Source: Deltaproteobacteria bacterium (GTDB lineage Bacteria; Myxococcota_A; Polyangia; Fen-1088). From it: DNA of 64,000 nucleotides. Both the position numbers and the translations under genes were made by a program. Below the pieces are notes generated by a model. That model was not told where the DNA came from and made no database searches. It saw only the letters and a program-made list of their open reading frames with translations. Below, piece by piece: positions 59,190 to 64,000 of the stretch. The stretch lies in contig JANRKS010000007.1 in NCBI GenBank assembly GCA_033763315.1, forward strand, positions 32,001 through 96,000, written 5' to 3'. How positions within the stretch are numbered: position 1 is the first letter of the stretch; each line of letters begins with the position of its first letter.

Positions 59190-60351
59190 AGTCGTGGCTG
59201 GCGCCGCGTATTTCGACTTCCTCGGCCCCCCCGATGAGCCCTGGCTTGCACGGCTCATCGATGAATCGATGCGCTTCGAGGGGCACCCGCGCCGCATGTT
59301 GGCCGAACGCCTGGCGGAGCCCCTTGCGTTCGTGGCGCCCCACTTCAAACGACGCGCGGCAAGTCGTGTGCTTCTGCGTCTGTGGAGATCGGAGGCCGTG
59401 TCTGGCATCAAGCCTATCGTTTTACGTCAGGCGGTGTTCGAAGCCGCAAGCGCCGAGCCGGCGCGAAGCCGTCCGCAAACCCTGGCCGCCGTGGCCGAAC
59501 GCTTACGTTGCCCGGTCCCCGAGATCGAGCGCAATCTGTTTGCAGACTTGCCCGCAGAGCGCGCCTTGAGGGCACCAACGCCGCCACCCACGGCGGCGGC
59601 GCTTGCACTGGCCACAAACCTCGCCATCGCTCAAGCGGCGCTGATGCGATCATGCACAGTGACCATCCATGTGGAGGGGAACACACGTCCGATCGTACGT
59701 CTGGCGAAATGGCGCGGGCTCATTTGTGTGCTGGGCGAGCCCCAACAAGTAAGAGGTGCGACGCTGGAGATCTCGGGCCCCTTCGCGCTGTTTAAGCACA
59801 CGCTGCTCTATGGCCGGGCGCTTGCCGAAGTGTTGCCTCATCTTACGTGGTGCCCACGCTTTGCACTGCGTGCTTCCTGCCAGTTGCGCGGCCGCCTGCT
59901 GGACGTGGCGCTCGACAATGAATCGCCCATCTTTCCGGCGCAACCACCCACCCCATTCGACAGCCAATTGGAACAAAAATTCGCCGACGACCTCTCTCGG
60001 CGCGCGCTCGATTGGGATCTCGTGCGCGAGCCGGAGCCTTTGGCGGCGGCCGGAACCCTCATTTTCCCCGACTTTCTCTTGCGCCACCGCATTCACACGC
60101 ACAAACGTGTGTTCGTCGAGATCATTGGCTTCTGGACGCCGGAATACCTCACAAAAAAGCTGGCCCACCTACGCGCGTGCGGCGTCACCAACATGATTCT
60201 TTGCTTGGACGAATCCCGGTTGTGCGCCGAAGAGGATCTGCCACCGGGCGCACCCGTGGTTCGGTTTCGGCGTCGCATCGATGTCGACGCCGTTATGGTG
60301 CAGGTGACCCGGCTCACCGCGAGCGGAACCGTGACCCCGAATATTCGCTAA
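59161..60351 (+). CDS. DUF790 (Bax1-like) PD-(D/E)xK nuclease family protein
   Basis: LFADL, SGPFALFKHTLLYG, FDSQLEQKF, REPEPL, IFPDF, EIIGFWTPEYL. TTG start after GGAG, overlapping the helicase end. Confidence 0.85.
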   Translation: MLPEADLPLRVVAGAAYFDFLGPPDEPWLARLIDESMRFEGHPRRMLAERLAEPLAFVAPHFKRRAASRVLLRLWRSEAVSGIKPIVLRQAVFEAASAEPARSRPQTLAAVAERLRCPVPEIERNLFADLPAERALRAPTPPPTAAALALATNLAIAQAALMRSCTVTIHVEGNTRPIVRLAKWRGLICVLGEPQQVRGATLEISGPFALFKHTLLYGRALAEVLPHLTWCPRFALRASCQLRGRLLDVALDNESPIFPAQPPTPFDSQLEQKFADDLSRRALDWDLVREPEPLAAAGTLIFPDFLLRHRIHTHKRVFVEIIGFWTPEYLTKKLAHLRACGVTNMILCLDESRLCAEEDLPPGAPVVRFRRRIDVDAVMVQVTRLTASGTVTPNIR

Positions 60352-61211
60352 ATTTTGCGGCTGACGATGACGTCTTGGTAGTGCCCAAAGAGGTTTCGTG
60401 TTTGTCCTCCACGCCAGTGACCGCGTTCGATGGACACAATCTGCAGGCCTGCACGCGCGTGGGCTTCCATGATGAATGGCAGCTTGTAAGCGGTGCACAC
60501 GAGCGGGTTCTCTCTCGAATAAGTAAGGTACTGCCCCGCATCGACGGGCAACTGTCGGTCGGCGGCGCCACTGGCCAGCGCCAAGCAGCTATGGGCGTCC
60601 ACGATCAGCCACGTGTTCACGGCCCTGCCGTGCGGTGACAGCGATGACGCCACAAACGCCAGCGCGTGTTCCACAGCTTGCGGCGTCAGGTGTGTGAAGA
60701 AGCTTGAAGACCACTGCAGATCGGCCGTAAACGAAACAGGCAAACGAAAATCGCATTCGGTACCGTCGCTTTGCGCCCACGTCGTCGCCGTATTTTTGCG
60801 ATCGGCGCCAAAGTTGCCGACGTAGTCGGCGCTCTTGGCCGCCTCGTGAAGGTGAAACAAACACTCGGGCCGCTGGTGGTAGGCCTGGCGAAGCCAAGCG
60901 ATCGCGTCGGTGCGGATGTCGATGCCCACATAACCCAACTCGTTCGAGACGTTGCTCTGCAGTGGGCGCACGGCCTCGCGAAGCGCCGCGTAGGCAAAAG
61001 CCATCGGGCCAAGCCCGCAGCCGATGTCCAAGATCCTTGGAACCGGGCCCAATAAGAATTGGCCATCCAACACTTCCAGACACCTGGGCAAAAAATTCCC
61101 AAGGTAGTCAGAGGCAAATTCTTCCTTGTATGCCGCCTCATTCGTCTCGGCCGTGTTGTAGTTGATCGATAGCGGTGGGATCAGCGTCTGCAGTACGCTC
61201 TTGATGTTCAT
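60348..61211 (-). CDS. Class I SAM-dependent methyltransferase
   Basis: RILDIGCGLG, YVGIDI, SSFFTHL, QDVIV. Confidence 0.82.
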   Translation of the reverse strand: MNIKSVLQTLIPPLSINYNTAETNEAAYKEEFASDYLGNFLPRCLEVLDGQFLLGPVPRILDIGCGLGPMAFAYAALREAVRPLQSNVSNELGYVGIDIRTDAIAWLRQAYHQRPECLFHLHEAAKSADYVGNFGADRKNTATTWAQSDGTECDFRLPVSFTADLQWSSSFFTHLTPQAVEHALAFVASSLSPHGRAVNTWLIVDAHSCLALASGAADRQLPVDAGQYLTYSRENPLVCTAYKLPFIMEAHARAGLQIVSIERGHWRGGQTRNLFGHYQDVIVSRKI

Positions 61212-61370
61212 GGGCCAGGCTCCGTGCTCACGGTAACACGGCCCACGCAAATGCACACCCGAGGCCAGCTTGGCTTAGGCGAAAGCGCGGCTTTTGGCGG
61301 GTGCATTGCTGATTTAACCTTTCGGGCGAGACGTGCGATGATGCCAAGGGGTAGCAAATCGGCAGGCAAC

Positions 61371-61931
61371 ATGGTGGCGCAACCAATCGCAGTGGGTGAA
61401 CGTCTCGAGGGACACAACGTTTCCCTTCGCTTGGTCACGCTCGATGATTGCACGCAACGCTATTGCGACTGGTTAAATGACCCCCTGGTGAACCAATACT
61501 TGGAAACGCGTTGGGCACGCCAAAGCATCGAGCAGATTGAATCATACGTGTCTGCCATGCTGGCCAGCCCCGCCCATCAACTGTTCGCCATCATTGAGAA
61601 CGACACGGACCAGCATGTGGGCAACCTGCACATCGGTCCCATCAACGCTGTTCACCAGCACGCGGACCTGAGTTACTTCATCGGAGAACGGCGCGTGTGG
61701 GGGCGCGGCTACGCCAGCGAAGCCATCGGCCTGGCTGTGACAAACGCGTTCTGCCGCCTCGGTCTTCATCGTTTGGAGGCCGGCGTTTACGACGGCAACG
61801 ACGCCAGCGCGCGCGCTTTGTTGAAAAACGGTTTCGTGTACGAGGGGCGCGCCGTGAAGCGCTACCGCTTGAACACGGATGGCCCCTGGGTTGATCGTTT
61901 GCTTTACGGATTGGTGAACAAAGAATCATGA
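61371..61931 (+). CDS. GNAT N-acetyltransferase (RimJ/RimL-like)
   Basis: YCDWLNDPLVNQYLE, HVGN, IGERRVWGRGYASEAI, NDASARALLKNGF. Confidence 0.88.
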   Translation: MVAQPIAVGERLEGHNVSLRLVTLDDCTQRYCDWLNDPLVNQYLETRWARQSIEQIESYVSAMLASPAHQLFAIIENDTDQHVGNLHIGPINAVHQHADLSYFIGERRVWGRGYASEAIGLAVTNAFCRLGLHRLEAGVYDGNDASARALLKNGFVYEGRAVKRYRLNTDGPWVDRLLYGLVNKES

Positions 61932-64000
61932 TCATCGCTGTTGTACAGGCTCGTGCCAGTTCATCGCGTTTGCCCGGCAAGGTATTGCTGCCGCTGGCCG
62001 GCGCCCCTATGTTGCAACGCCAACTCGAGCGCATCTTGCGCGCCAAAACGTTGGATAAGGTGGTCGTGGCCACCAGCACCTTGGTGGCGGACGATGAAGT
62101 GCAAGTTGTTGCAGAGACGCTTGGCCTGCCAGTGTTTCGCGGCAGCCTAGACGACGTGTTGGATCGGTTCTACCAAGCAGCGGCCCAACACAGCCCGCAA
62201 CACGTCGTTCGTCTCACGGGGGATTGCCCGCTCACCGATCCCCACCTCATTGATGAGATGGTCGCCGCGCACCTTTCGACCCATAGTGATGTGACATCGA
62301 ACGCCGTTGAGCGGACCTACCCTGACGGTCTTGACATCGAAATCGCCACATTCGCGGCCCTCAAAGCGGCCTGGCAGCAGGCAACGAAACCGAGCGATCG
62401 CGAACATGTGATGCCGTTTCTATATGCGCACCCCGAAAATTTCCGCGTCCACCATCACCGCGCCAGCGTGGATCGATCGGCGCTGCGTTGGACCGTCGAT
62501 GAGCGTGACGACTACGCATTCGTGGCTGCCATATACGATGCGCTTTTTCCGCACAACCCTACGTTCGGCACCGCCGACGTTCTGGATCTGCTGAGCAAGG
62601 ACGAGCGCCTTGCGGGACTCAATGCAGGTCACAACGCCAATGAAGGCCTAGCCCGATCGCTGGCCCGCGACGCGCTTACGCACACATCGCCACGCTCGAT
62701 CGCCAAAGGCTTCGCCCTGCAAGAACGCGCCAAACACCGCATTCCGGGGCTCAGCCAACTGCTGTCCAAGCGGCCAGATATGTTTTCTTATGGCGTTTGG
62801 CCTGGATACTATAAGCGCGCGTCAGGCACCACCATCTGGGATCTCGACGACAACCAGTTCCTGGACATGAGCATTGCGGGGATCGGCGCGAATGTGCTGG
62901 GCTATGCGGATCCGGACGTCGATGAAGCGGTGAAGGCGGCGATCACCAATGGCAGCAGCTCCAGCTTGAACTGTGAAGAGGAGGTGGAGCTTGCCGACCT
63001 ACTGTGCGAAATGCATCCCTTTGCAGACATGGTTCGCTATGCCCGATCGGGCGGTGAATCCATGGCGATCGCCGTACGGATTGCACGCGCCCACACCAAA
63101 CGCGACAAGATTGCCTTTTGCGGATACCACGGATGGCACGATTGGTACTTGGCCGCCAACGTGGGCACTGAGAACGCGTTAGGCGAGCATTTGATTCCGG
63201 GGCTCGATCCGCGCGGCGTGCCGCAGGCCTTGGCAGGCACGGCCTTGCCCTTTCGCTACAACCATCTGGAAGAACTCGACGCGATCTTGGCCAAGAACAA
63301 AGGCGAACTGGCCGCCATCGTGATGGAGCCCATTCGCGGCGAGCAACCGGCGCCGGGCTTCTTGGAAGGTGTTAAAGACCGCGCGCTGTCGGCGGGTGCC
63401 GTGCTTATTTTCGATGAGATTTCATCTGGCTTTCGACTCGCGTCGGCGGGCGCGCACACTCTGTTCGGCGTGCCCCCCGACATCGCGGTGTTCTCCAAAG
63501 CCATGGGCAATGGCTACCCCATCGCAGCGGTGATCGGCAGCGCGCGCGTGATGGAAAGCGCGCAAGCCTCGTTTATCAGTAGCACCTGTTGGACGGAAAG
63601 GGTTGGCCCGGCGGCGGCGTTGGCAACTTTAAAAAAGCATCGCAAGCTCGATGTTTCGAAGAAGCTTGTCGAACTAGGCTCACGCATGCAGGACGGATGG
63701 GCGTTCGCCGCCAGTCGCGTTGGGCTTGCCATCCACGTCAGCGGAATCCCGCCGCTGTCACATTTCGCGTTTGACGGCCCCTCCCCGCAGGAAAAGAAGG
63801 CGCTGTTTATTCAACTCATGTTGGACCAAGGCATTTTGGCTTCAACACTCTATTACCCCATGTGGGCACAAACCACAGCGGATGTAGATCGCTATCTGGC
63901 GGCGGCACGCGATGCGTTTGGTGTGGTGGCGGGTGCAGCCGCAGAGGGAACATTGATGAAGGTCTTGCGGGGACGTCCGTCAACAAGTGGATTCCGCCGG
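61928..64000 (+). CDS. SpsF-like cytidylyltransferase fused to class III aminotransferase, 3' end runs off the window
   Basis: Manual translation MIIAVVQARASSSRLPGKVL...VRLTGDCP...RWTVD continues in frame (EGLARSLARD...SQLLSKRPDMF) into SGGESM, GYHGWHDW, IFDEISSGFR, FSKAMGNG. Absent from the ORF track. Confidence 0.88.
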   Translation, partial: MIIAVVQARASSSRLPGKVLLPLAGAPMLQRQLERILRAKTLDKVVVATSTLVADDEVQVVAETLGLPVFRGSLDDVLDRFYQAAAQHSPQHVVRLTGDCPLTDPHLIDEMVAAHLSTHSDVTSNAVERTYPDGLDIEIATFAALKAAWQQATKPSDREHVMPFLYAHPENFRVHHHRASVDRSALRWTVDERDDYAFVAAIYDALFPHNPTFGTADVLDLLSKDERLAGLNAGHNANEGLARSLARDALTHTSPRSIAKGFALQERAKHRIPGLSQLLSKRPDMFSYGVWPGYYKRASGTTIWDLDDNQFLDMSIAGIGANVLGYADPDVDEAVKAAITNGSSSSLNCEEEVELADLLCEMHPFADMVRYARSGGESMAIAVRIARAHTKRDKIAFCGYHGWHDWYLAANVGTENALGEHLIPGLDPRGVPQALAGTALPFRYNHLEELDAILAKNKGELAAIVMEPIRGEQPAPGFLEGVKDRALSAGAVLIFDEISSGFRLASAGAHTLFGVPPDIAVFSKAMGNGYPIAAVIGSARVMESAQASFISSTCWTERVGPAAALATLKKHRKLDVSKKLVELGSRMQDGWAFAASRVGLAIHVSGIPPLSHFAFDGPSPQEKKALFIQLMLDQGILASTLYYPMWAQTTADVDRYLAAARDAFGVVAGAAAEGTLMKVLRGRPSTSGFRR

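Overview
GC-rich bacterial chromosomal window that looks like Myxococcota (MYXO-CTERM protein, Gly/Cys-rich lipoproteins, membrane Ser/Thr kinase, FHA protein); the taxon is inferred from gene content only. From left to right it holds: a pirin/LysR pair; an Omp85 + LPG-synthase-TM + PimA-like GT4 + LtaS-type sulfatase envelope cluster; a translationally coupled ECF sigma / zinc anti-sigma / exported caspase-barrel / beta-propeller lipoprotein operon; a wzx-GT4-GMC-GT4-Gfo/Idh/MocA sugar locus; two lipoproteins; a decayed vapBC-type pair; a complete nuoA-N operon; DUF47-pit; kefF/C-like genes; fdhD; a kinase; an M16 peptidase pair; LOG; murA (Cys-to-Asp variant); TetR/SDR; Cys-rich lipoproteins; a TraB-like OmpA protein coupled to a 1475-aa Cys/Ig MYXO-CTERM adhesin; FHA; an XPB-like helicase + DUF790 nuclease; and the start of a nucleotide-sugar modification locus. 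No rRNA, tRNA, CRISPR array, integrase or transposase was recognised. The best candidates for new biology are the caspase/ECF trans-envelope module with a low-GC C-terminal cassette, and the TraAB-like adhesin pair with a tandem hairpin element downstream. All family assignments come from motif reading by eye, not from database searches.
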